Shown here: positions 46,752-57,695 of the stretch, piece after piece | Layout: every line of letters begins with the position of its first letter | How positions within the stretch are numbered: the stretch's first letter is position 1 | Assembly (NCBI GenBank): GCA_030603365.1 | Contig: JAUVXV010000002.1 | Coordinates: forward strand, 352,001-416,000 | From: Candidatus Heimdallarchaeota archaeon | Lineage (GTDB): Archaea; Asgardarchaeota; Heimdallarchaeia; Heimdallarchaeales; Heimdallarchaeaceae | Direction of reading: 5' to 3' | DNA length: 64,000 nt | Translations under genes and position numbers: made by a program | Notes under the pieces: generated by a model | Told to the model about the DNA's origin: nothing | Databases searched by the model: none | What the model saw: the letters and a program-made list of their open reading frames with translations, nothing else

Positions 46752-48619
46752 TCTGAAATGACTCTACCATCTCCAATTTTAATTAGTTTGTCACATGTAT
46801 TAGCCATTTCTAAATCATGTGTAACCAAAATTACTGCAGTTCCTTTTTCTTTTGAGAATCTACTAATTAAATCTATAACAATTTTCCCAGTAAGAGAGTC
46901 TAAATCACCTGTTGGTTCATCAGCAAAAAGAACAGCAGGGTTATTAATCATGGCTCTAGCAATGGTGACTCGTTGCATCTGACCACCTGATAACTTAATT
47001 GGAAATTGGTTCTGAAATCTTTCAAGATCTACTTCCTTAATTAGTTCCAGAGCTCTTTTTCTTACTTTTCTTCTAGGTTCGCCGACCATTAAGCCAGGAA
47101 GCATAACATTTTCTAGAACAGTCAGTTGAGGGACGAGATTATAGTATTGAAAAATGAACCCCATATTCTTTCTTCTAAACATGGAAACAGCAGAATCAGT
47201 CATAGTATCAATGTTCCTACCTAGAAGGAAGACAGCTCCTCTACTAGGTGTATCGAGACCAGAAAGTAGATTTAGTAAAGTTGTTTTACCACTTCCACTT
47301 GGTCCAACTATAGCTACCATTTCTCCCTTTTTTATATCTATATCAACTCCTCTTAGAGCATAAACGGTAGAACCAACTAAACGATATGTTTTGAATAATG
47401 AAACTCCTTTGAGGATTATATCTTCTTTAACATCTATAGTTTCTTGTTTCTCTATATCAAATTCAGTTGGTATTGATTGAAAGTAAGCTAAATCACGGAA
47501 TTTATCTGCGAAATATTTCATTAATTGAATTTCTGTTAGAATTTGTACAAAAATATGAGATAGCAGATCTATTCTATCTATTTCTTTTTCTGGTAGTTCT
47601 TTGAATTTGTTGATAATATTCAATAAGGATTGATAGAGATTCTTAACCTTAATTTGTAAGTTGTTTAAGCGAAGAGTTTGCTCATCACATTTAGTTACTG
47701 TGTCAACTAACATTAGATAATCCATCAATGGATTATAATCTAATTTTTTTACATCATATGTAAGTTCAATTTTCACCTCAGATATTCTTTTCAATTGCTT
47801 AAGAAGAATTCCGATTGATTGTTGTGTCGATGATAACAAACCGAATATTACGCGAAGTGTTCTCCAAAGCTTATTGCTCATTTGTTCTTCGAGAAGTCTT
47901 ACTTTCTCTTTATCTAGAAGCAAATTTTCTAATATCTGAATTGCTTCTTCGTTAGAAGATAAAATAGGCTGGAGATTTGCTGAACAAGCTTTCCCAAATT
48001 GTGCTATTAATAGATTTTCTGCAATTAACCTTAAAGGCATATTTTGTTTTTTATCACTAATATCTCTTTTCAATATTAGATCTGGAAACATAATAATATC
48101 AGGAAAGTCATCAGGAAAATCCCAAATTATAATAAAACTATTGAGAAGTACTCCGCTAACTCTTTCAATAACGCTAGTGGCTATAGAATCTTTACTTTCT
48201 TCAATATCCTGAATTATCTCTTTAGCTTTGTCAGTTCCTGAGCTTAAAACTAGTTGATTTAGCATCTTAGCTATATCTTTTATTTCAATGTTTTTCCCTA
48301 TTTCCTTTGAATAATTGTCACATTCTTTGTTACAGTAATTCTTTATGATCATTTCTAATTGATTAATTACAGATTTTCTTTGTTCATCTGATTCTACCAA
48401 ATGTAAAGGTACATTACACCTAATGAATAGAAAGGTATTAACTTCTAGTACTTCAAAAGAGTCCATTCTTAAAGAAGATATGATTTTTGACAAAAATCTC
48501 TTGATTTTTCTAATTAGAGTATTCAAAGAATCTCTATTTAGTTTATTTATGAGAACTCCAATAGTTAATTCTACGATAGTATCTTGACTGTGTTCTGTTT
48601 CTTGTATTATTGCAGTCAT
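46748..48619 (-). CDS. LolD/MacB-type ABC ATPase with a ~400-aa uncharacterised N-terminal extension
   Basis: C-terminal [35 protein letters not shown]. Confidence 0.85.
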   Translation of the reverse strand: MTAIIQETEHSQDTIVELTIGVLINKLNRDSLNTLIRKIKRFLSKIISSLRMDSFEVLEVNTFLFIRCNVPLHLVESDEQRKSVINQLEMIIKNYCNKECDNYSKEIGKNIEIKDIAKMLNQLVLSSGTDKAKEIIQDIEESKDSIATSVIERVSGVLLNSFIIIWDFPDDFPDIIMFPDLILKRDISDKKQNMPLRLIAENLLIAQFGKACSANLQPILSSNEEAIQILENLLLDKEKVRLLEEQMSNKLWRTLRVIFGLLSSTQQSIGILLKQLKRISEVKIELTYDVKKLDYNPLMDYLMLVDTVTKCDEQTLRLNNLQIKVKNLYQSLLNIINKFKELPEKEIDRIDLLSHIFVQILTEIQLMKYFADKFRDLAYFQSIPTEFDIEKQETIDVKEDIILKGVSLFKTYRLVGSTVYALRGVDIDIKKGEMVAIVGPSGSGKTTLLNLLSGLDTPSRGAVFLLGRNIDTMTDSAVSMFRRKNMGFIFQYYNLVPQLTVLENVMLPGLMVGEPRRKVRKRALELIKEVDLERFQNQFPIKLSGGQMQRVTIARAMINNPAVLFADEPTGDLDSLTGKIVIDLISRFSKEKGTAVILVTHDLEMANTCDKLIKIGDGRVISD

Positions 48620-49317
48620 TTTTTCACAACTCCACTATCAACAATTTCACCGTCAACAATTCTAATTGTTCTGTGACAGAATGAGGCAATATGTTCAGAG
48701 TGAGTAACTACAAGGAACGTTTGTTGATAATTCTCATTGATTGAAACGAAGAGATTCATTATTTCTGTTGAAGTGTCTCGATCCAAATCTCCAGTAGGTT
48801 CATCTCCAAGAATAATTGCAGGATTCATTAAAAGAGCTCGAGAAACTGCAACTCTTTGCTGTTCTCCTCCACTAAGTTCGTTAGGTAAGTGGAAAATTTT
48901 ATCTCCTAAACCCATCTGCCTTAACATCATCTTTGCCTCCTCTTCAGCTTCTAACCTAGTCGTATTAGTCAAGAGTAAGGGTAAGACAGTGTTATCTAGT
49001 GCTGATAGAAATTCAAAGAGATTGAAGAGCTGAAAGATATATCCGATATTATGCAGACGAAATTCTGTCATTTCAATATCAGCTAATTCACTAATATCTT
49101 GTCCTTGAATGAAAATTTCTCCTTTAGTAGGCTGATCAATTCCTCCTAATAGATTCAGAAGAGTGGTTTTACCACAACCTGATGGTCCCATAATCGCTAC
49201 CATTTCTCCTTTTTTAATTTCTATATCTAAGCCCTTGAGTGCATGAACTTCCATAGAAGAATCTTCAGCGTAAATCTTATGCAGATTATTTGTTTTCAGT
49301 ACTATTTCATCACTCAT
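48616..49317 (-). CDS. LolD/MacB-type ABC ATPase
   Basis: [28 protein letters not shown]. Confidence 0.9.
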   Translation of the reverse strand: MSDEIVLKTNNLHKIYAEDSSMEVHALKGLDIEIKKGEMVAIMGPSGCGKTTLLNLLGGIDQPTKGEIFIQGQDISELADIEMTEFRLHNIGYIFQLFNLFEFLSALDNTVLPLLLTNTTRLEAEEEAKMMLRQMGLGDKIFHLPNELSGGEQQRVAVSRALLMNPAIILGDEPTGDLDRDTSTEIMNLFVSINENYQQTFLVVTHSEHIASFCHRTIRIVDGEIVDSGVVKK

Positions 49318-49321
49318 TATA

Positions 49322-52300
49322 TCACCCTACATACCTTATAGCTTCTGCTGGAGTAATCTGGCTAGATCTTATACCTGGTAATATCGACGCTGCTAAAGCT
49401 ATCCCTACCATTATACCTGTATAAAGTAACAGCTTAGTTATTGGTACAACCAACCTCCAACTATAGATGTTTGAGAATGCCCATCCAAGAACTAGGCTGT
49501 TTATGAATCCCATTAGTAATCCTAGAATAGCTAGTATGAATAATTCTAACATAATTGATCCTATAATCTGCCGTTTCTTGAATCCTATAGCTCTCATCAT
49601 TCCTATTTCTCTTCTTCTTTCAGACACGTTTCTCATGGCAATAATAATCATCCCTAAGGCTCCAACAACTAATCCAAAACCTACAAAGTATTCAAGGAAA
49701 GCAAATGTTTTAACTTGAAAGTCGACTAACTGTAACATTTCATCCCAATACGCATCTGCATCTGCAGCAACAAAATCTTCATTTTTGACAAAAGTTGAAT
49801 TAATTCCATTAAAGAATTCCTCTATTTCTTCTGAAATTTCATAATTTTTATTGTCTCTGAAGTCTTCTGTTGTTTTCACGAGAAATCTAGTATAGTCAGG
49901 ATACAAAGCAAAATTTTCTCTCAATATTGGCATAAAATCTGGAGTTATCAACAATCCAGGTAATCTTGATTCGAAGGAAAAGGGGTATTGCATAATTGAA
50001 GCAATAACCATTACTTGTCTTGGTGAATAGGGTCCCAGTCCATGAAAATTGAATATATCTCCTGGTCGAAGTATAGGCGTTGTAGAAATCACTGTTTCAT
50101 ATCCATTCTCATTGTCAATATAACCATCTATGTTGAATTTGGTTCTATTGTAAAAGAAATCCCATATAGTATGACTATATTCTCGTTGGTAAGCCTCTGA
50201 TGCAGCAGGTTTGTATTCATTTGTAAATTGATTAACAGATTGTTCAAAAATGAAATCAAATGTGTAATCAGTTCCATTTTTGAAAGTATTATTGTAAATC
50301 AAATCAATACCTGCAGGTAGGATTTCCGATGGTATTTCAAAATCATACCCTTCTATCGTTGTTATATAAACAATCGTTGAGTTGATTCCTTTCACATAAG
50401 TTATATTTTCATGAACCGATTTAATACCGACTTCAGGATCAACTAAAGACGAATTTGCAACAGGAGTATCTAGTTCAACAAATATTGCAGCTCCGCCACT
50501 GAAAAATTCTGCAGATTCTAATGTATTGTATGAATATGTTGCCTGGTAAATACCAGCAAAAATATTCATGGTTAGAACTAATGCAAAAATCCCGAAAGTT
50601 AGTGTACTTCTTGTTGATTTTGAGGTCATGTATTTACTTGAGATAAGAGATACACCTTTCTTCAATCGAGTCTTGTATAGTAGGTCTCTAAGAGAGTTAG
50701 TGACTGTAGAGAGATTTACACCGACAACAATAATTGAACCTAGCGCTAAAACTACTGCAAGAGTTGCAATTATTCGAGTATTCTCTGTAACTTCCTTCAA
50801 TGATGGTAGTGAGAAGAGAAGCATAACAACAGCAATCCCCATAAATGTTAAACCGATACCATTCCCCATAATTTTCTTAGAGAAAAGATATCCTAACAGT
50901 ATACTAACTCCAATGAAGAATGCTCCAGTTGCACCCATAAACATCCATTGTTCTAATGATGTATCCCAACCATCAGGAACAAAAAACGAACCATAAACTA
51001 GATATTGAGATACATAGATTCCAATTCCTCCTACAATAAAAGTTAATCCTAAACCTAGTGAAAAAGAACCAGTCCTCTTTGGTTTAACTTTCTTTATTCC
51101 TCTGATGACTTCTATAACATCTACTCTTGCAGCTCTTATAGCTGGAAACACACCTGCTCCTACTGACAAAATCAAACCTAGAACTATTGAGTACGTTACC
51201 GCCCCAAACGTTACAGTAGGCTGAAGGATAATAAAACCCTCGAAAAATGTTTGACCAATTTGGTACACTAAGAAGACAGACATTCCATAGCCTCCTGCAA
51301 CTCCTAGAAATGATCCGAAAATACCCAAAACAGTAGATTCTATCAAAAATAATTGAACAATTTCTTTTCTTTTTGAGCCTATAGCTCTCAAAATACCCAA
51401 TTGCTGAATTCTGTCTTCAACCTGTATAAGTTGTATATTAACTAAAAGGAGAATACCAGCAAAAATTATTAGGGCACCAAATAGATTAAAAGCAATCAGT
51501 ACATCCCCTAAAATTTCTTCAGATGCTTCAAGTATTAAAGCACGAAAAGCAATAACAATGAGTCCCTTGGCTTCAGCATCTATTAATATCTTGAGTTCTT
51601 CTTCCACCTGTTTAGCATATTCATTTTCTATTGGATTTTCTTCATGATTTGCACTCAGAGCAATGTTGATATCAGAACACTCATTTGATGAATAACCAAC
51701 AATGGATCTTACATTATCAATACTGGTCCATATAGCTCTTCCCCCAAATTGCTTCCCCTTACCTAAATCACCTATAAAATCAATAATCTTCATATCATAT
51801 GTTTTATATTCATATCTCAAAGTTCCTGTAGTATTCAACTCTGCAATTCTAATTTTAATTATAGACCCTATAGTAACATTTAGATCTTCTTGTAATTCTG
51901 ACCCTAACAAAACATGAGATTCATTTGTGAAATAATTTGTTAATTGTGATTGAGATATCTCTGTTTCATTTTCATAATAGAACTTCCCAAACACTGGATC
52001 TTCATCCAGCTCAACCCCAACAACATTAATACCTTTTTCTAGATCTCCAGTTTCAAGATTATATACTGCTACTTCTTGCATAACTCTCGCATTTATAGCC
52101 GCAAACTCTATTTCTGATGAATTGATTTGGTCAATTATTGCGCTATAATTTTCAATAGGAAAACCAAATCCACTGATGATAATGTCATTTTCTCCTATTG
52201 CTTCCACAAAGAAATCTAAAGCTTCTTCTGTGAAACTTGTAATCGTAATCTGAACTCCCACCATTAATGAAACCCCAAGTGAGATTGCAATTAAAGTACC

Positions 52301-52372
52301 TATGTTCTTTCCGAGTCTTCGTTTGAATGTTTTTCGGAAAAGATTTGTAATATAATTCATAATAGTAACCAT
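49322..52372 (-). CDS. FtsX/MacB-family ABC permease (two FtsX modules)
   Basis: EDRIQQLGILRAIGS and ERRREIGMMRAIG, large extracellular domains, C-terminal ITPAEAIRY. Confidence 0.9.
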   Translation of the reverse strand: MVTIMNYITNLFRKTFKRRLGKNIGTLIAISLGVSLMVGVQITITSFTEEALDFFVEAIGENDIIISGFGFPIENYSAIIDQINSSEIEFAAINARVMQEVAVYNLETGDLEKGINVVGVELDEDPVFGKFYYENETEISQSQLTNYFTNESHVLLGSELQEDLNVTIGSIIKIRIAELNTTGTLRYEYKTYDMKIIDFIGDLGKGKQFGGRAIWTSIDNVRSIVGYSSNECSDINIALSANHEENPIENEYAKQVEEELKILIDAEAKGLIVIAFRALILEASEEILGDVLIAFNLFGALIIFAGILLLVNIQLIQVEDRIQQLGILRAIGSKRKEIVQLFLIESTVLGIFGSFLGVAGGYGMSVFLVYQIGQTFFEGFIILQPTVTFGAVTYSIVLGLILSVGAGVFPAIRAARVDVIEVIRGIKKVKPKRTGSFSLGLGLTFIVGGIGIYVSQYLVYGSFFVPDGWDTSLEQWMFMGATGAFFIGVSILLGYLFSKKIMGNGIGLTFMGIAVVMLLFSLPSLKEVTENTRIIATLAVVLALGSIIVVGVNLSTVTNSLRDLLYKTRLKKGVSLISSKYMTSKSTRSTLTFGIFALVLTMNIFAGIYQATYSYNTLESAEFFSGGAAIFVELDTPVANSSLVDPEVGIKSVHENITYVKGINSTIVYITTIEGYDFEIPSEILPAGIDLIYNNTFKNGTDYTFDFIFEQSVNQFTNEYKPAASEAYQREYSHTIWDFFYNRTKFNIDGYIDNENGYETVISTTPILRPGDIFNFHGLGPYSPRQVMVIASIMQYPFSFESRLPGLLITPDFMPILRENFALYPDYTRFLVKTTEDFRDNKNYEISEEIEEFFNGINSTFVKNEDFVAADADAYWDEMLQLVDFQVKTFAFLEYFVGFGLVVGALGMIIIAMRNVSERRREIGMMRAIGFKKRQIIGSIMLELFILAILGLLMGFINSLVLGWAFSNIYSWRLVVPITKLLLYTGIMVGIALAASILPGIRSSQITPAEAIRYVG

Positions 52373-52504
52373 TAAACTAAGTATTCAATGAATTTCAGTG
52401 GTTTTTCAAGTATATAAACTGTTATTTTTGTAGAAAATATTTATCAGTAATATGTTATATATTTTAACTAAACATTCTTAAAACAGTAGTTTGGATATTT
52501 AACT

Positions 52505-53077
52505 GTGTCTGATATTTATAAAACTAAATCACCTTATATTGGCGAAAAAATAAAACTCCGTCCTTTAGAAAAAGATGATTTAGATGATATCATGGAACAT
52601 TGGAACACTTATGAATCTAGAATTGGTTTAGGTTTATTAATACCTATGTCCTCAATGATGGAAGCTGAATTCATTGAAAGTGTTCATAATAAGGCAAAAA
52701 GCGGAAAAGAGTATGTTTTTGCAATTGAAGAAATTTCAACCGAAAATTTCCTTGGAACTTGTGGAATAGGAACAATCAATTCTGTAAGTAGATCTGCAGA
52801 ATTGGGAATTACCATTCATAATCCTGCAAACCATAGTAAAGGATATGGAACAGATACAATGAGATGTCTTATCAGTTTTGGTTTTAATATTCTAAATCTT
52901 CATCGTATTGAGCTTTTGGTAATGGAATATAATGAACGAGCGATCCATGTTTATAATAAAGTTGGATTCAAGGAAGTGGGAAGAAAGAGAGAGGCTCATT
53001 TTCTACAAGGTATCTATTATGATGTAGTTGTAATGGATATTCTGGAAGATGAATTTAGGAAGATCTATTCAGAATAG
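52505..53077 (+). CDS. GNAT N-acetyltransferase (RimL-like)
   Basis: LRPLE, AELGI, KGYGT, LHRIEL, NERAIHVYNKVGF. Confidence 0.9.
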   Translation: MSDIYKTKSPYIGEKIKLRPLEKDDLDDIMEHWNTYESRIGLGLLIPMSSMMEAEFIESVHNKAKSGKEYVFAIEEISTENFLGTCGIGTINSVSRSAELGITIHNPANHSKGYGTDTMRCLISFGFNILNLHRIELLVMEYNERAIHVYNKVGFKEVGRKREAHFLQGIYYDVVVMDILEDEFRKIYSE

Positions 53078-53133
53078 CATCGGACTCATACACAAATCTT
53101 ATAATTAACTAGATTTTCCACATTCTGTCTCTA

Positions 53134-54696
53134 ATGAACAAAAATAGCAAAGAAGGGGCAGACGACAAGAGTACTATGAAGGTCTGGGTTCTTATTTCAG
53201 CAACAGGAATTGGAGCATTTTTAGCTTCTCTCGATGGAACTATAGTTAATATCAGCTTACCACAGATGATGGATAGTTTAGGTGTAGCACAGCATCAGAT
53301 TCAGTGGGTAGTTTTATGTTATCTTCTAACTATGATTGCCTTTACAACAGTTTCAGGAGATTTGGGTGACAGATTCTCTAATAAAAAAGTCTTTCAGATC
53401 GGTATGATTGTTTTTTCATTAGCTTCGCTTCTTTGTTTTTTTGCTAGATCTTTGTTTGTCTTAGTTCTTTTCAGAATCATACAAGGTATAGGAGCTACAG
53501 GATTAGTAGCAAATGGTATGGCTATTATAACAAGGTTTACAACAAGGGAAAATAGAGGTTTAGCAATAGGATTGAACTCCTTACTTATTGCAGTTGGAAT
53601 ATCTTTAGGACCTATTCTTGGTGGAGCTTTAACTGAATTTCTTGACGGTGTTTTGAATGGATATTCAGGATGGCCCTTTATATTTCTCATAAACGTACCC
53701 ATTGGTTTAATTGGCTTCTTCTGGGTTCAACATATTATACCTCCTACTCCTCCTCTCCAAGAAAGTCGACGTAAAGCTGATATTCTAGGTTCAATTTCAT
53801 TGTCAGGTTTTCTGTTCCTATTGGTGTTCTGTTTTAGTGTTTTTGCTAGTATATTTGATAAATTAATTTTTGGTTCAAACGCAGATATATGGACTGAAAC
53901 TGGACTAACTACGAATATCAATCTATATAGTACGTTTGGTCAACATGCTTCAGTATGGGCAGGATTGAGTTTTGCTATGAGCATAATTTTTCTTATCTTT
54001 TTTATCTTCTGGGAGAAAAAAACACCTCATCCTGTAGTCGATTTGTCAATGTTCAAGAATCGAAGGTTTACAGTTGGTATTTTTTCAGGGGTTTTAGCAT
54101 ATCTTGGTTTATGTGTGATTATCTATCAATTACCTTTCTTTGTTCAACAAATCCTGCATTATGATACTTTCCGAACAGGTGTAGCAATCATGGGGACACC
54201 AATTGGATTGGCACTTGCAGCTGTAGCCTCAGGAGCAGTAGCCAATAAAATTGATGTTAAATATCTTTCTACAACGGGAATCGGTATAATGATGTTAGCT
54301 CTTGTGTTAGGTGCCTTATTCATTACTGATGTTGTTCCAACAGTAGTAATAGTAATAATATCTTCAATTATTGGAATAGCTTTGGGGATTTTCATAGCAC
54401 CTAATAATACTTCTGTAATGTCAGCTGCGCCTGAAAAGAAACTTGGTATAGCCAACAGTATGCTGAGTCTTTCAACTAATGTTGGATTCAGTTTGGGAAC
54501 AGCACTAGCAACTGCTGTTTTTGTTTATACTCAAAACGTATTTCAAAGAGCTAATGGTGGTTCAATAGATGATGTCATTAACTATGTTCCAGCTATGAGA
54601 GTGCTATTTGGTGTATTTGCTGGGTTCATGCTATTCTCTACAATATTCTCATATTTCAGAGGACCAAAAATTGAGATAGAAAATAATAAGACTTGA
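53134..54696 (+). CDS. MFS drug:H+ antiporter (DHA2, 14 TM)
   Basis: LDGTIVNISLP, GDLGDRF, RIIQGIG, GPILGG, WPFIFLINVPIG. Confidence 0.9.
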   Translation: MNKNSKEGADDKSTMKVWVLISATGIGAFLASLDGTIVNISLPQMMDSLGVAQHQIQWVVLCYLLTMIAFTTVSGDLGDRFSNKKVFQIGMIVFSLASLLCFFARSLFVLVLFRIIQGIGATGLVANGMAIITRFTTRENRGLAIGLNSLLIAVGISLGPILGGALTEFLDGVLNGYSGWPFIFLINVPIGLIGFFWVQHIIPPTPPLQESRRKADILGSISLSGFLFLLVFCFSVFASIFDKLIFGSNADIWTETGLTTNINLYSTFGQHASVWAGLSFAMSIIFLIFFIFWEKKTPHPVVDLSMFKNRRFTVGIFSGVLAYLGLCVIIYQLPFFVQQILHYDTFRTGVAIMGTPIGLALAAVASGAVANKIDVKYLSTTGIGIMMLALVLGALFITDVVPTVVIVIISSIIGIALGIFIAPNNTSVMSAAPEKKLGIANSMLSLSTNVGFSLGTALATAVFVYTQNVFQRANGGSIDDVINYVPAMRVLFGVFAGFMLFSTIFSYFRGPKIEIENNKT

Positions 54697-54698
54697 AA

Positions 54699-55754
54699 TC
54701 AAATCTTACAGAAATTTGTTACAAGTTTTATTGTATTAATTATGTCGTCTACCAATAGAAGACCAGCGTTAGCATGAATATATCTACAAGGAACAGATAC
54801 AACTCCTGAGGGCACTCCAGCTCTTGTTCTAGATATCGCTCCAGCATCAGTTCCTCCATATGTTGGTTTCTTGTACTGCCATTTTATGTTGTCCACTTCC
54901 GCAGCTTGTTTAATCCTATCTAGTATTTTTTTTGGTACAATCAAAGATCTATCTGCAGCTGTAACAGCAGGTCCATCTCCCAATTTAGTTACTATTTTCT
55001 GATTAGGAACACCAGGAACATCACTTGCAATAGTATTTTCAAGTGCTAGAGCTATACTTGGTTCTAATGTATAGCCAGCTACCATTGCACCTCTTCCACC
55101 AACTTCCTCTTGAACTGCGAAATTAATCAATAAGGTATGTGGAATTTCTGCATCCTTTAGTTCTTCCAGTACATGTATAATTACATTACAAGCAGTTCTA
55201 TCGTCGAATGCTTTTCCTAGAAGAGTGTCATCATTAAGCTTTTTACATTCAGTATAAAATGTACCAACGGAACCAATATCCAAACCTAGGGCTAATACAG
55301 CTTTTTTATCTTTACACCCTATATCTACAAACATTTCATTAATTGCTGGAACTTGTTCTCTTTCATCGGGTTTTGTAATATGAGGTGGTGCTGCTCCTAC
55401 AACACCCAGAATCTGTTCTTTTTTCACTGTTTGAAATTGTAGTAAAGCTCCTAGCATGAGTCTTTTATCTATACCACCTAAAGTTTCAATCGTGAGAAAA
55501 CCCTTATCATCTATGTGTGAGATCATAAATCCTACTTCATCAACATGACCATCTAGCATAATTCTTAATCCATTTGGATCAGTTCCTTCTTTTATTGCTA
55601 GAACATTTCCTAACGGGTCAATCCAAGCTTTATCTACACCTAATTTTTCCAACTTAATCAGGATATAATCAGTTACTTCTTCCTCGTGTCCAGGAACTCC
55701 AATAAGATTGCTTAATTCAATTTGTGTGTTAATTACGCTCTCTCTGTTTACCAT
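54699..55754 (-). CDS. M42 family (TET) aminopeptidase
   Basis: GHEEE, GHVDEVG, KAFDDR, QEEVG, GGTDAG, PCRYIH. Confidence 0.9.
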   Translation of the reverse strand: MVNRESVINTQIELSNLIGVPGHEEEVTDYILIKLEKLGVDKAWIDPLGNVLAIKEGTDPNGLRIMLDGHVDEVGFMISHIDDKGFLTIETLGGIDKRLMLGALLQFQTVKKEQILGVVGAAPPHITKPDEREQVPAINEMFVDIGCKDKKAVLALGLDIGSVGTFYTECKKLNDDTLLGKAFDDRTACNVIIHVLEELKDAEIPHTLLINFAVQEEVGGRGAMVAGYTLEPSIALALENTIASDVPGVPNQKIVTKLGDGPAVTAADRSLIVPKKILDRIKQAAEVDNIKWQYKKPTYGGTDAGAISRTRAGVPSGVVSVPCRYIHANAGLLLVDDIINTIKLVTNFCKI

Positions 55755-55871
55755 TTTGATTTCAAAAAGAATTTTGAAAGAATTTTATTAAAACTTTCTA
55801 TATGAATTGGATGATTCTGAACTAAATTTGATAAGTAGTAATCTTTATTTAATCCAATTTTTCACTTAACG

Positions 55872-56681
55872 TTGAGTACTATGAAAATTATTGTGTTTAT
55901 AGACCAGATTGTAAGCACACAAGTTAAACTTCAAGGTGTAGATTATTTTGATCCCTCAAAAGTAAATGAGGATGATTTAGTTATCAATCCAACAAGTAAA
56001 AACGCCATTGAAGGTGCTCTAAAATTGAAAGATAGTTTAGAAGCAACAGTAACTGCAGTGTGTGTAAGAGGTTTAAAACCAATCAAAGCTTTAAGAGAAG
56101 CTATTGCTATGGGATGTACTGACGCAATTGAAATTGCTGATGAAATATTATATACTGAAGATCCTTTACTTCTTGCTAAGATTTACGTAGATGTTTTGGA
56201 GAAATTCGGTGATTTTGATTTAGTTTTTCTAGGTGTTGAAGAACAATCTACAAGCTCGTATGCTGTTGGAGCAATGCTTGCAGAAAAATTAGGTTTACCT
56301 AGTGTTCTATATGCTGAGGAAATGGAAACTATTGATAGTGGTTTTCAAGTAGGACATGTTCTAGAAGGAGGAAGAAATATTGTCACTATTCCTAAGAAAG
56401 CTCTAATAAGTGTTAGTGACAGTCAATATTTTACTCCTAGATATACTTCTATGAGAGGAATTCTAACTGCAAAAAGAGCAGAAATACCATCTTGGACAGC
56501 AGCAGACTTAGGATTAAGTACCGGTGTTGCAGGAAAAGAAGCAGCGTCTCTTCAACAAGTCTCTTTAACCAATATTGTGATTGAAAGAGAAAGCTACATA
56601 ATCAACGAAGGAGAACCTGAAGAAATGGTAGATAAGCTTCTTGCGAAATTAAAAGAAGATGAAGTTAAATTGGGAGCGTGA
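55872..56681 (+). CDS. etfB: Electron transfer flavoprotein beta subunit (FixA/EtfB); probable start 55881
   Basis: INP..NAIEGALKLK, LREAIAMG, PRYTSMRGILTAK. Confidence 0.85.
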   Translation: MSTMKIIVFIDQIVSTQVKLQGVDYFDPSKVNEDDLVINPTSKNAIEGALKLKDSLEATVTAVCVRGLKPIKALREAIAMGCTDAIEIADEILYTEDPLLLAKIYVDVLEKFGDFDLVFLGVEEQSTSSYAVGAMLAEKLGLPSVLYAEEMETIDSGFQVGHVLEGGRNIVTIPKKALISVSDSQYFTPRYTSMRGILTAKRAEIPSWTAADLGLSTGVAGKEAASLQQVSLTNIVIERESYIINEGEPEEMVDKLLAKLKEDEVKLGA

Positions 56682-56686
56682 AATAA

Positions 56687-57643
56687 ATGAAGATACTAGT
56701 ATACGGACAAATCAGAGATAATTTACTTGAAGAAAATCTTCTTGGTATTCTCAATAAGCTTTCTGAGGTTTTTCAAGGTAGTGAGATTTATGCTGCAATT
56801 CTTGGAAGTCAGATTAACAACGAATGGACTGGAGAATTGGGAAAACATGGTGTTAAGAAGGTATATACTGTTGAAGCACCAGAATTAGAGAATTATCTAA
56901 GTCGTCCTTATGTTAAATCCATGCTTGAGATTATTGAAAAAGCAGAACCAACTTTAGTTATGGCTGCTGGTACTGTGTTTGGTGAAGACTTGATTCCAAG
57001 ATTAGCAGTACATCATGGTGTATCATGCGCACAGAGAGTTGTAAATATCACCTTGGAAGGAGAAGATATTCTTTTCCATACACCAGTCAGAGATGATCAA
57101 GCTATGAAGATTACTAAAATTGAAGGTGTAATCAAGTTTGCAACATCACGTACTGGAGCTTTCTTTGAAAATGAAAATCCTTCAGGAAGTGCTCCTGAAA
57201 TAGAAAAAGTTGAAATTTCATTTGATGCTGATGATATGGTTGTTAAGCATGTTGAAGTTAGGAAAGCAGAAAGAACAGTTAATTTGAAAGATGCCAAACT
57301 AATCGTAGCTGGAGGAAGAGGAGTAGGCGGAAAAGATAATTTCCAGATTCTTAAAGATTTAGCTGAACTCCTTGGAGGAGAAATTGGTGCAACTCGAGCT
57401 TGTACCGATGTTCATTGGATAGAAGAAACTTATGAGATTGGACAAACTGGTCAATCAGTATCTCCTGACATATATATTGCAGCTGGAATTTCAGGTGCTC
57501 CTCAACATTTAAGCGGTGTAAAAGCAAAAACTTTTATTGCAATCAATACTGATGAGGGTGCTCCAATACTCAAGTATGCTGACTATGGAATCATTGGAGA
57601 CTTACTTGTAATTTTACCCTTACTCAAGAAGAAGTTAGAGTAA
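56687..57643 (+). CDS. etfA: Electron transfer flavoprotein alpha subunit (FixB/EtfA)
   Basis: VAGGRG, GATRA, IGQTG, GISGAPQHLSG, AINTD. Confidence 0.9.
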   Translation: MKILVYGQIRDNLLEENLLGILNKLSEVFQGSEIYAAILGSQINNEWTGELGKHGVKKVYTVEAPELENYLSRPYVKSMLEIIEKAEPTLVMAAGTVFGEDLIPRLAVHHGVSCAQRVVNITLEGEDILFHTPVRDDQAMKITKIEGVIKFATSRTGAFFENENPSGSAPEIEKVEISFDADDMVVKHVEVRKAERTVNLKDAKLIVAGGRGVGGKDNFQILKDLAELLGGEIGATRACTDVHWIEETYEIGQTGQSVSPDIYIAAGISGAPQHLSGVKAKTFIAINTDEGAPILKYADYGIIGDLLVILPLLKKKLE

Positions 57644-57695
57644 AACTTCTTTCTTTTTTTCCATTTAAATCCCCAAGATTTATATTATTTCAATT

